Notes: generated by a model from the sequence alone, not told the origin. DNA of 64,000 nucleotides from an uncultured Pseudomonadales bacterium (GCA_964430265.1 CAYSEI010000002.1:141209-205208); one strand, 5' to 3'. Positions 10,783-20,847 are shown, counted from the stretch's first letter. Program-made: numbers and translations.

Positions 10783-11225
10783 AATTACACGAATTACCTA
10801 AAATTACAGATAGAAAGAAGAAAAGAATTGGCCGCGGTTATGGCTCAGGAAAAGGAGGCCATACTGTTGGTAGAGGTGCCAAGGGTCTTAAAGCTAGAGG
10901 AAAAGTTCCTTTGCTTTTTACTGGTACTAAAATGCGTAAGTCTTTTGTTAGACGTATTCCCTTTTTAAGAGGTAAAGGTAGATTTAAGCCCCAAAGCCCC
11001 AAACCGGAGATTGTAAATGTTGAAGAATTAAACAATTTACGTAAAGGTTCAGTGGTAACATTAGATAGGTTAATTGAAGAAGGATTGGTTGACAAAAGCG
11101 CAAAGAAAATTGGAGTAAAAATATTAGGAAGAGGAAAATTGGAAAAGGAAATGAAAGTGGAAGTACCGGTTTCTAAAGGAGCAGAAGAAAAGATTAAAAA
11201 AGCCGGTGGAGAAATAGTTAAGTGA
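10779..11225 (+). CDS. rplO: 50S ribosomal protein L15. It overlaps rpsE by 4 nt, so there is no intervening L30 gene.
   Basis: [37 protein letters not shown]15 N-terminus. Confidence 0.9.
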   Translation: MKLHELPKITDRKKKRIGRGYGSGKGGHTVGRGAKGLKARGKVPLLFTGTKMRKSFVRRIPFLRGKGRFKPQSPKPEIVNVEELNNLRKGSVVTLDRLIEEGLVDKSAKKIGVKILGRGKLEKEMKVEVPVSKGAEEKIKKAGGEIVK

Positions 11226-12505
11226 AGCTTATTAACTCATTTATTAAAGCTTTTAGTGTACCAAAACTAAGAAATAAACTTTTATTTACCCTTGGAATTT
11301 TTGTAGCTTTCCGTTTTGTTGCCCATATACCGGTTTCCGGGGTTGATGCTCAGGCATTAGAGAGTCTTTTTAACCGCAGTCAGTTTTTAGGCTTACTTGA
11401 TCTTTTTTCCGGAGGAACATTAAGTAATTTTTCAATTATTGCTATTGGCTTAAATCCTTATATTAATGCTTCCATTGTTTTTCAACTTCTTTCTTTTGTT
11501 TTTCCAAGGTTGGAAGAGCTTTCCAAAGAAGGTGAATATGGCAGGGAAAAGATTAATCAATATACACGTTTTTTAACTATTCCTTTGGCAATTGTTCAGT
11601 CTTTGGGAATGATTGCAATTTTACGGAATCAAGGAATTATGCGGGGGATGAATGTTTTTAATATCGGAGTAACTGTGGTTACTATGACTGCAGGCTGTAT
11701 GCTTTTAATGTGGTTTGGTGAACTGATTACCCAGTATGGCATTGGCAACGGTATCTCAATTTTAATTTTTGGCGGAATTGTTGGAAGAATGCCGGTTTCA
11801 TTTGCACAAACATTCTCTGTTTTGCAAGGAATCAATTTTTTTAATGTAATGGTTTTTTTAGTAATGGGTGTGGGAGTAATTGCGGCGATTTGTTTTGTTA
11901 ATGAAGCACGCAGAAAAATTAAAGTTTCCTATGCCAAAAGAATAGTTGGTAGAAAAATGTATGGCGGGCAAGATACTCACATTCCTTTAAGAATTAATCA
12001 AGCAGGAGTAATTCCTATAATTTTTGCTGTTTCAATGGTTCTAATTCCCTCTATGATTGGTCGCTGGATGCAAACTTTGTCACAGGAGTTTTTAGCAAAT
12101 TTGGGATATTGGCTAACCAGATTATTTGATCCCAATAATATTTTTTATAATCTTCTTTATTTTGTTTTAATAATTGCATTTACATATTTTTATACTGCGG
12201 TTACTTTTAATCCGGAAAAAATAGCGGAAGAAATAAAAAAACAAGGCGGCTTTATTCCAGGAATCAGACCGGGAAAACCAACAGCAGAATATTTAAACAA
12301 AATATTAAACAGAATTACATTAGCAGGAGCAGTTTTTTTGGGAATGATTGCAATTCTTCCTTCAATTGCCCGCTCTTTGACAGGAATAACTACTATGATG
12401 ATTGGTGGAACAGGTATTTTAATTGTGGTTTCCGTTGTTTTGGAAACTGCAAAAACTTTGGAGTCACAACTGCTGATGCGTAGTTATGACGGATTTTTAG
12501 AATAA
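11222..12505 (+). CDS. secY: Preprotein translocase subunit SecY
   Basis: 427 aa with 10 predicted TM segments, SecY motifs ([19 protein letters not shown]..), GTG start overlapping the rplO stop. Confidence 0.95.
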   Translation: MKLINSFIKAFSVPKLRNKLLFTLGIFVAFRFVAHIPVSGVDAQALESLFNRSQFLGLLDLFSGGTLSNFSIIAIGLNPYINASIVFQLLSFVFPRLEELSKEGEYGREKINQYTRFLTIPLAIVQSLGMIAILRNQGIMRGMNVFNIGVTVVTMTAGCMLLMWFGELITQYGIGNGISILIFGGIVGRMPVSFAQTFSVLQGINFFNVMVFLVMGVGVIAAICFVNEARRKIKVSYAKRIVGRKMYGGQDTHIPLRINQAGVIPIIFAVSMVLIPSMIGRWMQTLSQEFLANLGYWLTRLFDPNNIFYNLLYFVLIIAFTYFYTAVTFNPEKIAEEIKKQGGFIPGIRPGKPTAEYLNKILNRITLAGAVFLGMIAILPSIARSLTGITTMMIGGTGILIVVSVVLETAKTLESQLLMRSYDGFLE

Positions 12506-12524
12506 AAAGTTTACAGGGAGGAAA

Positions 12525-13112
12525 ATGCACATTATATTTTATGGTCCAGAAGGATCAGGAAAGACAACTCAAGGGGAATTGTTGTCGGAAAAATTTAATA
12601 TTCCGCATATTGTCTCTGGAGATATTGTGCGTAAATATGCAAAAGAAGATCAAGGGATTATGGGTGATGTCTGTAGGAATGCTTTAGAAAAAGGACATTA
12701 TGTTGCGGATTCGGAGATGTTTGTTCTTTGGAAGCAAAGATTAAAAGAACCGGATGCCAAAAATGGATGGATTATTGACGGGTTTCCCCGTAATTTAGAC
12801 CAGGCATATTTTCTGGACGATAAGTTGGACAAATATGGACAAGCAATTGATGCAGTTTTCTATTTAGAAGTCAGTGTAGAAGAATCGATCCGGCGTTTGA
12901 AAAAAAGAGGTAGAAAAAGCCCTGACGGATCTTTACACGATTCACCAGAACTAATTAGAGAAAGACTAAGAAGATATAAAAAGGAAGAAAAAGATGTCTT
13001 GGATTTTTATCGCAAAAAAGGAGTTTTAAAAGTTATTAACGGTGAACTGTCAATTGAGAAAATTCACTATAATATAGTTGATATTGTAACAAGGATAAAT
13101 GGAGATCACTAA
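12525..13112 (+). CDS. adk: Adenylate kinase, short form (195 aa, no Cys4 lid)
   Basis: HIIFYGPEGSGKTTQ P-loop, GDIVR, GFPRNLDQA. Confidence 0.9.
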   Translation: MHIIFYGPEGSGKTTQGELLSEKFNIPHIVSGDIVRKYAKEDQGIMGDVCRNALEKGHYVADSEMFVLWKQRLKEPDAKNGWIIDGFPRNLDQAYFLDDKLDKYGQAIDAVFYLEVSVEESIRRLKKRGRKSPDGSLHDSPELIRERLRRYKKEEKDVLDFYRKKGVLKVINGELSIEKIHYNIVDIVTRINGDH

Positions 13113-13797
13113 AAAAATAAAAATTGCAATAGACGGGCCGGTGGCTTCGGGTAAAAGCACCGGCGCTTTTCTTTTGGCAAAAGAGCTTGATGTTCTTTAT
13201 GTCAATACCGGTGCTATGTATCGTGCGGTTGGATGGCTGGCAATTGAAAAGGAAGTTGATCTTCATGATGAAAAAAAAGTTGTTGAGATATTAAAAAATA
13301 CAGAAATCCGTTTGGAAAAACCAGAAAAATCAAAGCAGGTTTGTGATGTATATATAGATGGAAAAGAAATTGCGGACCAATTATTTAGTTCAAGCATTGA
13401 TTGTGCATCTTCAGTTATTGCAGTACATCCAAAGGTCAGAAAGTATTTAGTTAATTTACAGCAGAAAATAGCAGAAGGGCAAAGTGTTGTTATGGAAGGA
13501 AGAGATATTGGAACTGTTGTCTTACCAAATGCAGACTTTAAAATATATATGACTGCAGATCCAAAAGTAAGGGCAAAAAGAAAATGGCAGATGCTCAAAA
13601 AGAAAGGAGAGACTAAAAGTTTAGATGAGGTTTTAAAGGATGTAAAGGAGAGGGACAGGAGGGATAAAAACAAAGGAGGTTTGAAAAAAGCTAAGGATGC
13701 TTGGGTTTTGGATACCTCAAATTTAACTTTAGAAGAAGAAATAGAAATTATTATTAAAAGATTGAAAAAAATGGATTTGGTAAAGACAAATGGTTGA
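13099..13797 (+). CDS. cmk: Cytidylate kinase
   Basis: IAIDGPVASGKST..VNTGAMYRAV Cmk motifs; it sits between adk and map. Confidence 0.85.
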   Translation: MEITKKIKIAIDGPVASGKSTGAFLLAKELDVLYVNTGAMYRAVGWLAIEKEVDLHDEKKVVEILKNTEIRLEKPEKSKQVCDVYIDGKEIADQLFSSSIDCASSVIAVHPKVRKYLVNLQQKIAEGQSVVMEGRDIGTVVLPNADFKIYMTADPKVRAKRKWQMLKKKGETKSLDEVLKDVKERDRRDKNKGGLKKAKDAWVLDTSNLTLEEEIEIIIKRLKKMDLVKTNG

Positions 13798-14566
13798 ATT
13801 AAAAAATCAGGACCAATTAAATATTATGACTGAAGGCGGAAAAAAACTTTCTGAAATCATGAAGAAACTTATGAATTTATCTCAGCAGGGAGTAAATCTT
13901 TTAACCATTGAGAAAAAAGCTAATGAATTAATAAAAAAAGCTGGCGGAAAACCGGGTTTTAAAAAAGTTGCTAACTATGACTGGGCAACATGCTTAAATG
14001 TTAATAAGGGAATTGTTCATGGTATACCAAAGGACTATAACTTGAAAAAGGGAGATGTTTTTAGTTTGGATATTGGAATGATTTTTAAGGGTTTAAATAC
14101 AGACATGTGCAACACAAAAGTAGTGGGAAAGAATAAGGAAACAATGGATAAAGAAATTAAAAAATTTCTAGAAACGGGAAAAAGAGCTTTAGAAAAAGCA
14201 GTTGAATCTTCTAAGCCGGGAAACAGGGTAGGACACATTTCACAAACAATCCAAAATATAATTGAGACAGCAGGATATAATTGTGCCAGAAATCTAACCG
14301 GACATGGAATTGGAAAAAAACTGCATGAAGATCCAAACATTCCCTGTATACTAAAAGGTGAAATTGATAGTACACCAGAACTTAGAGTAGGAATGACATT
14401 AGCGATAGAGGTAATATATACAAAAGGAGACCCCAATTTTTATTTAGCAAAAGACGGTTGGACAATTGAATCCACAGATGGTAAAATAACATCTGTTTTC
14501 GAAGAAACAATAGCCTTAACAAGCAAAGGAGTTAAAATACTAACTCCGTTACCTTTTAGAAATTAG
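13790..14566 (+). CDS. map: Methionine aminopeptidase type I
   Basis: 258 aa, pita-bread fold motifs (VHGIP, DIGMIFKG.., HGIGKKLHEDP, EETIALT). Confidence 0.9.
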   Translation: MVELKNQDQLNIMTEGGKKLSEIMKKLMNLSQQGVNLLTIEKKANELIKKAGGKPGFKKVANYDWATCLNVNKGIVHGIPKDYNLKKGDVFSLDIGMIFKGLNTDMCNTKVVGKNKETMDKEIKKFLETGKRALEKAVESSKPGNRVGHISQTIQNIIETAGYNCARNLTGHGIGKKLHEDPNIPCILKGEIDSTPELRVGMTLAIEVIYTKGDPNFYLAKDGWTIESTDGKITSVFEETIALTSKGVKILTPLPFRN

Positions 14567-14610
14567 CCTTGTAATCTCAGTTATTGGGGTTGTTAACAGG
14601 CTAATTTTTT
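14561..14610 (+). terminator. Candidate intrinsic terminator after map: 9-bp stem AATTAGCCT/AGGCTAATT with a long loop, then TTTTG
   Basis: The inverted repeat was read from the sequence and overlaps the map stop codon. A T-run follows it, upstream of infA. Confidence 0.35.
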
Positions 14611-14647
14611 GTTAAAATTACTAGGTATATAAAAAGAATTTTATTAG

Positions 14648-14863
14648 ATGAATAAAAACGAAAAACAGGAAACCAAAGGTACAGTTACAAAAGCTTTACC
14701 AAACACTATGTTTCGAGTGGAAATAGAAGATGGTAAAGAGCTTTTGTGTACTTTATCAGGTAAAATGCGGATTAATCGTATTCGTGTTCTTCCTGGAGAC
14801 GAGGTTAAGGTCGAGTTAAATGAATATGATGAAGATAAAGGTAGAATAGTTTACCGTTTTTAA
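14648..14863 (+). CDS. infA: Translation initiation factor IF-1
   Basis: 71 aa S1-like OB fold ([31 protein letters not shown]..). Confidence 0.9.
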   Translation: MNKNEKQETKGTVTKALPNTMFRVEIEDGKELLCTLSGKMRINRIRVLPGDEVKVELNEYDEDKGRIVYRF

Positions 14864-14872
14864 GGAGAATTT

Positions 14873-14986
14873 ATGAAAGTGAAATCGTCAGTAAAAAAAC
14901 GCTGTAAAAAATGTAAAATTGTTAGACGCAGAGGTCATGTTTATGTTGTCTGTGAAAATAAAAAGCACAAGCAAAGGCAGGGATAA
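14873..14986 (+). CDS. rpmJ: 50S ribosomal protein L36 (zinc form); 37 aa, below the ORF-track length cutoff
   Basis: I translated this by hand: [37 protein letters not shown]. It has a GGAG RBS 8 nt upstream and the classical infA-rpmJ-rpsM order. Confidence 0.85.
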   Translation: MKVKSSVKKRCKKCKIVRRRGHVYVVCENKKHKQRQG

Positions 14987-14991
14987 ATAAT

Positions 14992-15420
14992 ATGGTGAGA
15001 ATAGTTGGTGTAGAAATACCAGATGAACGTAAAGTCCCTTTTGCACTTACCAAGATTCATGGGGTGGGTAAGCAGAGAGCTTATGACATACTTAGAGATG
15101 CTGGAATAGATTTTGATAAGCGTGTAAAAGATTTGACAGATCAAGATGTATTAAAAATTCAAAAACAAGTGGAATCTTTTCCTACGGAAGGTATCTTAAG
15201 AAAAAGAGTTCGGGAAAATATCCAAAGGTTAAAAAGAACCGGAACCTACAGGGGGGCTAGACATGCTGCTGGTTTACCTGTAAGAGGACAAAGAACTAGG
15301 ACAAATGCCCGAACTAAAAGAGGCAGACGGCAAACTGTAGGTGCATTTAAAAAAGATATGTTAACTAAGATGGGAAAAGAAAAAAAGAAAGCCCCAACTA
15401 AAACAGGAGAAAAGAAATAA
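14992..15420 (+). CDS. rpsM: 30S ribosomal protein S13
   Basis: MVRIVGVEIPDERKV..YRGARH S13 signature. Confidence 0.95.
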   Translation: MVRIVGVEIPDERKVPFALTKIHGVGKQRAYDILRDAGIDFDKRVKDLTDQDVLKIQKQVESFPTEGILRKRVRENIQRLKRTGTYRGARHAAGLPVRGQRTRTNARTKRGRRQTVGAFKKDMLTKMGKEKKKAPTKTGEKK

Positions 15421-15797
15421 TGGCAAAGAAAAAAAGAACGACAAGAAGAAAATTAACTGAGGGGAGAATTTATGTTACTGCTACATTTAATAATACTTTA
15501 ATTACAGTAACTGATAAAAACGGCAATGCAATTTGCTGGGGATCTTCAGGAAGGGCAGGGTTTAAAGGCTCACGTAAATCTACACCTTTTGCAGCGACAA
15601 CCGCAATTAAAAATGTATTAGGTAAAGCTAAAAGTTATGGATTGTCTAAAGCAAAAGTTTTTATTAAAGGTCCGGGACCCGGAAGAAGTGCAGCTTTGCG
15701 AGTTTTGCGTGGAAGTAATATTCAAATTAGTATGATTGCGGATGTAACACCGATCCCTCACAATGGATGCAGACCGCCGAAAAGAAGGAGAGTATAA
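15420..15797 (+). CDS. rpsK: 30S ribosomal protein S11
   Basis: ATFNNTLITVTDKNGNAICWGSSG S11 signature. Confidence 0.95.
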   Translation: MAKKKRTTRRKLTEGRIYVTATFNNTLITVTDKNGNAICWGSSGRAGFKGSRKSTPFAATTAIKNVLGKAKSYGLSKAKVFIKGPGPGRSAALRVLRGSNIQISMIADVTPIPHNGCRPPKRRRV

Positions 15798-15800
15798 ACA

Positions 15801-16424
15801 ATGGCTAGAAGAACAGGTCCCAAATGCAAGTTGTGTAGAAGAGAAGGAGAAAAGCTTTTCTTAAAAGGTAACCGTTGTTATTCATCAAAATGTCCGATTG
15901 AAAGAAAAGGGGGAAATCCTCCGGGACAGCATGGATACAAACAAAAACGCAGAAGACTTTCCGACTACGGAATTCATTTAAGAGAAAAGCAAAAAGTAAA
16001 AAGACTTTACAGTGTCAGAGAAAGTCAATTTAAAAAGTATTACGAAGATGCAATTCAAACAAAAGGTGATACCGGAGAAAATATGATGCAGCTTTTAGAA
16101 AGAAGGTTGGATAATGTAGTATTTAAAGGCGGTTTGGTGCCTTCAAGATCAGTTGCACATCAAATGATTGTTCATGGTAATTGCATTGTTAATGACCATC
16201 GTGTTGACAGACCAGGATATCTGGTTAAAGAAGGCGATGTAATAACTCTCAGTACAAAAGCTTTAGAAAGGGATATTGTTAAAAATACTTTGGAGGAAGA
16301 TAATCCGCCGGCTGTTTGGATTAAAAGAAAAGGAACGGTCATTAAAGTGGATAGACTTCCGAAGAAAGAAGATATTAAAGAGAATATTGATATCCAGTTA
16401 TTAATTGAATTTTATTCTCGTTAA
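15801..16424 (+). CDS. rpsD: 30S ribosomal protein S4
   Basis: MARRTGPKCKLCRREGEKLFLKGNRC (zinc-form N-terminus) plus an S4 RNA-binding domain. Confidence 0.95.
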   Translation: MARRTGPKCKLCRREGEKLFLKGNRCYSSKCPIERKGGNPPGQHGYKQKRRRLSDYGIHLREKQKVKRLYSVRESQFKKYYEDAIQTKGDTGENMMQLLERRLDNVVFKGGLVPSRSVAHQMIVHGNCIVNDHRVDRPGYLVKEGDVITLSTKALERDIVKNTLEEDNPPAVWIKRKGTVIKVDRLPKKEDIKENIDIQLLIEFYSR

Positions 16425-16445
16425 TTTAATCAAGGGAGGAACATA

Positions 16446-17381
16446 ATGATTAAGCCAACATTTAAAATAGATACTTTAGAAAACAAAAAAGACTATGCCA
16501 AGTTTGTTTTTGAACCACTGCAGCAGGGATTTGGACATACTGTAGGGAACGCTTTAAGAAGAACACTTTTGTCCAGTATAAGGGGAGCGGCTGTAGAAAG
16601 AGTTAAAATTGAAGGAGTAAAACATCCTTTTTCAACAATAGAAGGTGTTAAAGAAGATGTGGTCGAAATTCTTTTAAGAATTAAACAGTTAAAAGTTCTG
16701 TCTGAATTGGAAAGCGAAGAAGAAAAAGCAAAGCTGAGCTTTAATGTTAAAGGTAAAGGCAAATTTGCAGCAAAAGATATTGAAGTTCCTTCCGGAGTGG
16801 AGATTACTAATAAAGATTTAGTTTTAGCTAATCTAGCTAATAAGAAAACAGAATTTAAAGGAGAAATGTGGGTAGGAACAGGAACAGGTTATTCTCCTTC
16901 AGAAGAAAGAGAAAAGGAAACTATTGGAGAAATTGTATTAGATGCAATATATACACCAGTTATAAGGGTTAACTATAAAGTTGAAGCTACTCGTGTAGGA
17001 AGAAGAACAGACTTTGACAAACTGATTTTGGAAATCTGGACGGATGGAACTGTTAAGCCCGAACGAGCTTTAGAAAATGCAAGTGAAATTCTGCAAAGAT
17101 TTTTCAAGCAAGTATATGAACCTGTGTATCAAATTATGGAAGATGAGAAAACAGATGAAAGACCAGAAAACTATGAAACACTTGCTTTAACTGTTGAAGA
17201 ATTAAATTTACCTACCCGTATTGTCAATGCTTTAAGAAGAGGCGGGTACAAAACTGTTCAAGATTTAGTAGAAGCAGACATTGATGAAGTCAGAAAAGTA
17301 AAAAACATTGGTAAAAAGTCAATAAAGATTGTAGAAAATCGATTAGAAAAAAAAGGAGTGGAGTTTTCAGATGAGGCATAA
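16446..17381 (+). CDS. rpoA: DNA-directed RNA polymerase alpha subunit
   Basis: 311 aa with N-terminal dimerisation domain motifs (GFGHTVGNALRRTLLSSI) and a C-terminal alpha-CTD (LNLPTRIVNALRRGG). Confidence 0.95.
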   Translation: MIKPTFKIDTLENKKDYAKFVFEPLQQGFGHTVGNALRRTLLSSIRGAAVERVKIEGVKHPFSTIEGVKEDVVEILLRIKQLKVLSELESEEEKAKLSFNVKGKGKFAAKDIEVPSGVEITNKDLVLANLANKKTEFKGEMWVGTGTGYSPSEEREKETIGEIVLDAIYTPVIRVNYKVEATRVGRRTDFDKLILEIWTDGTVKPERALENASEILQRFFKQVYEPVYQIMEDEKTDERPENYETLALTVEELNLPTRIVNALRRGGYKTVQDLVEADIDEVRKVKNIGKKSIKIVENRLEKKGVEFSDEA

Positions 17382-17829
17382 ACGGAAGGGTAAAAAGCTT
17401 GGAAGAAATGCAAGCCAAAGAAAAGCACTATTTCGCGGACTGATTCAGAATTTAGTTGATCATGGAAAAGTAGAGACTACGGTAGCTAAGGCAAAAGCAA
17501 TTAAACCAATTGTAGATAAATTAGTAGATAAAGCAAAAAAAGGAACACTTAGTGCAAGAAGAGAAGTAATGTCTTTTTTGCCTTCTAAAAAGGCTGCTAA
17601 TAAATTAGTTGATGAAATAGCACCGCAGTTTAAAGGTAGAGTTGGTGGAGCAGTAAGGATTACTAGAACAGGAACAAGGCGAGGAGATAATGCAATGATG
17701 GCAAAACTTGAATGGACAAAGAATGAGATTAAAGAAAAGAAGTCTGAAAAATCCAAAAAGCAGGAAAAAAAAGAAAGCAAGAGTAAATCTAATAAGAAAA
17801 GTAAAAGTGAAAATAAAAAGAAAAAATGA
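17371..17829 (+). CDS. rplQ: 50S ribosomal protein L17 with a long Lys/Ser-rich C-terminal tail
   Basis: MRHKRKGKKLGRNASQRKAL L17 N-terminus; the tail is KEKKSEKSKKQEKKESKSKSNKKSKSENKKKK. Confidence 0.9.
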   Translation: MRHKRKGKKLGRNASQRKALFRGLIQNLVDHGKVETTVAKAKAIKPIVDKLVDKAKKGTLSARREVMSFLPSKKAANKLVDEIAPQFKGRVGGAVRITRTGTRRGDNAMMAKLEWTKNEIKEKKSEKSKKQEKKESKSKSNKKSKSENKKKK

Positions 17830-18272
17830 AGCAAAAAACTTATATGGCAAAGCCAAAAGAAATAAAAAGAGAATGGCATTTAATTGATGCCCGGGGAAAG
17901 ATATTAGGCCGGATGGCTAGTAATATTGCCCAAAAATTAATTGGCAAAGATAAGGTCAATTATACACCGCACCTTGATTGTGGAGATCATGTGGTAGTAA
18001 TTAATGCTAAAGATGTTAAAGTCAGCGGTAGAAAAGCAAAACAGAAAGAATATATCCGACATTCAGGATATCCTAGTGGATTAAAAAGAGTGACTTATCG
18101 GGAGCAAATGGAAAAGGACCCAACAAGAATTATTGAATGGGCAGTAAAAAATATGCTTCCTAAAAATAAATTGCGCAGTAAAATGATGAATCGTTTACGG
18201 GTTTTTACAGAAGAGAAACATAATTATAAAGACAAATTTAAGGTAGAAAATGGCAAAAAAGAAGAAAAATAA
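17826..18272 (+). CDS. rplM: 50S ribosomal protein L13 (the start may instead be ATG 17844)
   Basis: KREWHLIDARGKILGRMAS..L13 signature. Confidence 0.9.
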   Translation: MKQKTYMAKPKEIKREWHLIDARGKILGRMASNIAQKLIGKDKVNYTPHLDCGDHVVVINAKDVKVSGRKAKQKEYIRHSGYPSGLKRVTYREQMEKDPTRIIEWAVKNMLPKNKLRSKMMNRLRVFTEEKHNYKDKFKVENGKKEEK

Positions 18273-18672
18273 AAAACCAGAATATATACATTCAGTCGGC
18301 AGAAGAAAAACTGCTGCTGCTAGAATAAGGTTTTATCCTAATAAAAAGGGTGGAATAACAATAAATGAGGTATCTTCAGACGAATATTTTCCTGGTGAAG
18401 TTAAGAAAGAAAAACTTTTAGCTCCATTAAGAGTCTGTGATCAAGTAGGCAAACATAAAATAACTGTCAAAGTTGAAGGTTCCGGAGTTAAAGGGCAGCT
18501 GGGAGCAGTAATCCACGGTATTGCCAGAGCTTTGGATAAATTCAATACAGAAAAATTTCACACTCCGCTTAAGCAAAACGAGTTTTTAACCCGGGATCCA
18601 CGGATGAAAGAAAGACGTAAACCTGGAACCGGTGGAAAAGCTCGTGCTAAAAAACAATCTCCAAAGCGATAA
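18250..18672 (+). CDS. rpsI: 30S ribosomal protein S9
   Basis: SVGRRKTAAARI..C-terminal GGKARAKKQSPKR S9 signature. Confidence 0.9.
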   Translation: MAKKKKNKKPEYIHSVGRRKTAAARIRFYPNKKGGITINEVSSDEYFPGEVKKEKLLAPLRVCDQVGKHKITVKVEGSGVKGQLGAVIHGIARALDKFNTEKFHTPLKQNEFLTRDPRMKERRKPGTGGKARAKKQSPKR

Positions 18673-19012
18673 AAATTGTCGCGGTACTGGACGCGTTACA
18701 AACTAATTTCCCTGCTTGTTGATGATATTTTAGTGAACATTTGAGAGTTTCAATATAAAGGCGGGGTTGTTTGATTTCAATAAATTTAATTTAGATTATT
18801 TATAACGTCCTGCGTTTCACAGATTTTAGTGACAGAGTATGAATTCTAATTTTAACTTAATTAATGAGAGGTATTTAATCAAACGGGAGTTCTCCGCCGA
18901 ACGGTGGAAAAGTTTATTTAAACCAATCTCAGTTCCGATGAGTACATTATTGATTTGACAAAAATAAAATACTATGTAACAATGTTATATAGTTTAAATT
19001 ACAATATAAAGT

Positions 19013-19378
19013 ATGTGCAGTAAAAAATGCAAGTTTGGAAATCCTGAAAAAAGATGGCTTCAATTTCTCATACTCAGATTGGTATGTGAAAAACCAACTT
19101 ATGGATATGACTTAATTAGGTCAATTGAAGATCTTACCGAAGGCAGGTATGAAGTAAAGACCGGAACCATGTACACTACATTGAGACGCATGGAAGAGAA
19201 GAATCTCTTAAAATCTGATTGGAAAGAAAACTCAAGCGGACCGGATAATAGACAGTATGAGATCACACGAAAAGGTGAGAAATTTATTAAAGCTTGGCTT
19301 GAAATGATTATAGAAAGAAAGAAGATGATTGATAAAATGGCTGGTTTTTATATTAAAAAGTTTAAAGACAAAAAATGA
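19013..19378 (+). CDS. PadR-family transcriptional regulator
   Basis: Winged-HTH PadR signature (LRLVCEKPTYGYDLIRSIEDLTEG..GTMYTTLRRMEEKNLL). Confidence 0.8.
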   Translation: MCSKKCKFGNPEKRWLQFLILRLVCEKPTYGYDLIRSIEDLTEGRYEVKTGTMYTTLRRMEEKNLLKSDWKENSSGPDNRQYEITRKGEKFIKAWLEMIIERKKMIDKMAGFYIKKFKDKK

Positions 19379-19593
19379 AAATTAAACACTTATTAGAGAA
19401 AATGTGCATAGTGACATTTACAATAACAGCCATAACATCAATACCTTTACTATTGAATTATCTTAGACAAGTTTCGCCAAAATTCAAACTAATTGTTGAC
19501 CTACACGTGTGGTTTGGGTTGACGTTCATAATTTTGGTATTGGTAAGAATAGTAAAAAATAAAAATTTTATTCATGCCATAATTAAAAAGTAA
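19375..19593 (+). CDS. Small membrane protein, 2 predicted TM helices (hypothetical)
   Basis: ORF translationally coupled to the PadR gene; hydrophobic segments. No recognisable family. Confidence 0.4.
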   Translation: MKIKHLLEKMCIVTFTITAITSIPLLLNYLRQVSPKFKLIVDLHVWFGLTFIILVLVRIVKNKNFIHAIIKK

Positions 19594-19616
19594 ATAAGTT
19601 AGAAAAAATTAACAAT

Positions 19617-19922
19617 ATGTATATAAAAGATATAAAATCGAAAATAAACTTCTCATCTAAGAATCCTAGTAAACAGGATATTCTGAAATCCGATAAATTT
19701 AACATCGTAATTGTTAGCCTGGAAGAAGGTCAAAGTATAAAACCACATCCTGAGCCTTATGCAGTGTTCTTTTTTGTATTAGAGGGAAAGGGAATATTTA
19801 CTGATAAAAACGGAGAGAGTGAATTAGGCAAAGGAGACGCGATCTTTATGGAATTTGATGAAATAAGAGGAATTAAGTGTATTGATAAATTAACAATTTT
19901 AGGGGTACAAGATGGACACTAA
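19617..19922 (+). CDS. Cupin-domain protein
   Basis: 101 aa with cupin-2-like G(x)5HxH..E..G..pattern (PHPEPYAVFFFVLEGKG). Confidence 0.65.
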   Translation: MYIKDIKSKINFSSKNPSKQDILKSDKFNIVIVSLEEGQSIKPHPEPYAVFFFVLEGKGIFTDKNGESELGKGDAIFMEFDEIRGIKCIDKLTILGVQDGH

Positions 19923-20847
19923 AAATAACAAAATAATTAAAGCCGACTCTTTGGTAAAAAGATTTAACTCTTTCATTGCTGTAAATAATGTGAGCTTTGA
20001 AATCGAAAAAGGAGAGATATTTGGTCTACTTGGGCATAATGGTGCAGGAAAAACCACCACAATTAGAATGCTTACAGGCATATTCAAGCCCTCAGAAGGC
20101 AAAGTATATATAAATGATTATGATATGGAAAACGATTCTCTGAAAGCAAAACAGCTTATGGGCATTGTTCCTGAAATGGCTAATGCCTATATTGACTTAT
20201 CTGCTTACAAAAATATGGTTTTGATAGGAGAATTGTATGGACTGGACAAAAAGGAAATCAGAGAAAAAACAGAAGAATTATTGAAGATATTTGGATTGTA
20301 TAAAAGAATGCATGATAAAGTCAAAACGTTTTCAAAAGGCATGAAACAACGTTTAATTATAGCAATGGGTCTTATCAATACTCCCAAACTGTTATTTTTG
20401 GATGAGCCGACATCTGGCCTGGATGTAGATAGTGTTAGATTGATAAGAAAACTTATTAGAAAGTTTAACGATGAGGGAACAACAATAATTTTAACAACAC
20501 ATAACATTGAAGAGGCTGATGATCTTTGCGATAGAATTGCTATTATGAAACAGGGAAAGATTATAGCTTTAGATAGACCGGCAAAATTAAAGCATATTAT
20601 TCAAAGCTCTTCGTCGATTGAAGTTGCTTTTAAGAAAAAGGTAGATTTGCAAAAACTTAAATTTAAGGGAGTCGATAAAGTTAAGAAAAAAGGTGATAGA
20701 ATAAGAACTTACACAAAAACTCCTGAAAAAGTTCTTCCCCTATTATTCGAATATTCTCAATCCTCCAAAAACCAGATTCTATCGATTAATACCCTAGAAC
20801 CAAACCTTGAAGACATATTTGTAAATTTAACCAAAAAGGGAAAATGA
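19912..20847 (+). CDS. ABC transporter ATP-binding protein
   Basis: Walker A GHNGAGKTT, signature-like SKGMKQRL, Walker B LLFLDEPTSGLD, H-loop. Confidence 0.9.
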   Translation: MDTKNNKIIKADSLVKRFNSFIAVNNVSFEIEKGEIFGLLGHNGAGKTTTIRMLTGIFKPSEGKVYINDYDMENDSLKAKQLMGIVPEMANAYIDLSAYKNMVLIGELYGLDKKEIREKTEELLKIFGLYKRMHDKVKTFSKGMKQRLIIAMGLINTPKLLFLDEPTSGLDVDSVRLIRKLIRKFNDEGTTIILTTHNIEEADDLCDRIAIMKQGKIIALDRPAKLKHIIQSSSSIEVAFKKKVDLQKLKFKGVDKVKKKGDRIRTYTKTPEKVLPLLFEYSQSSKNQILSINTLEPNLEDIFVNLTKKGK

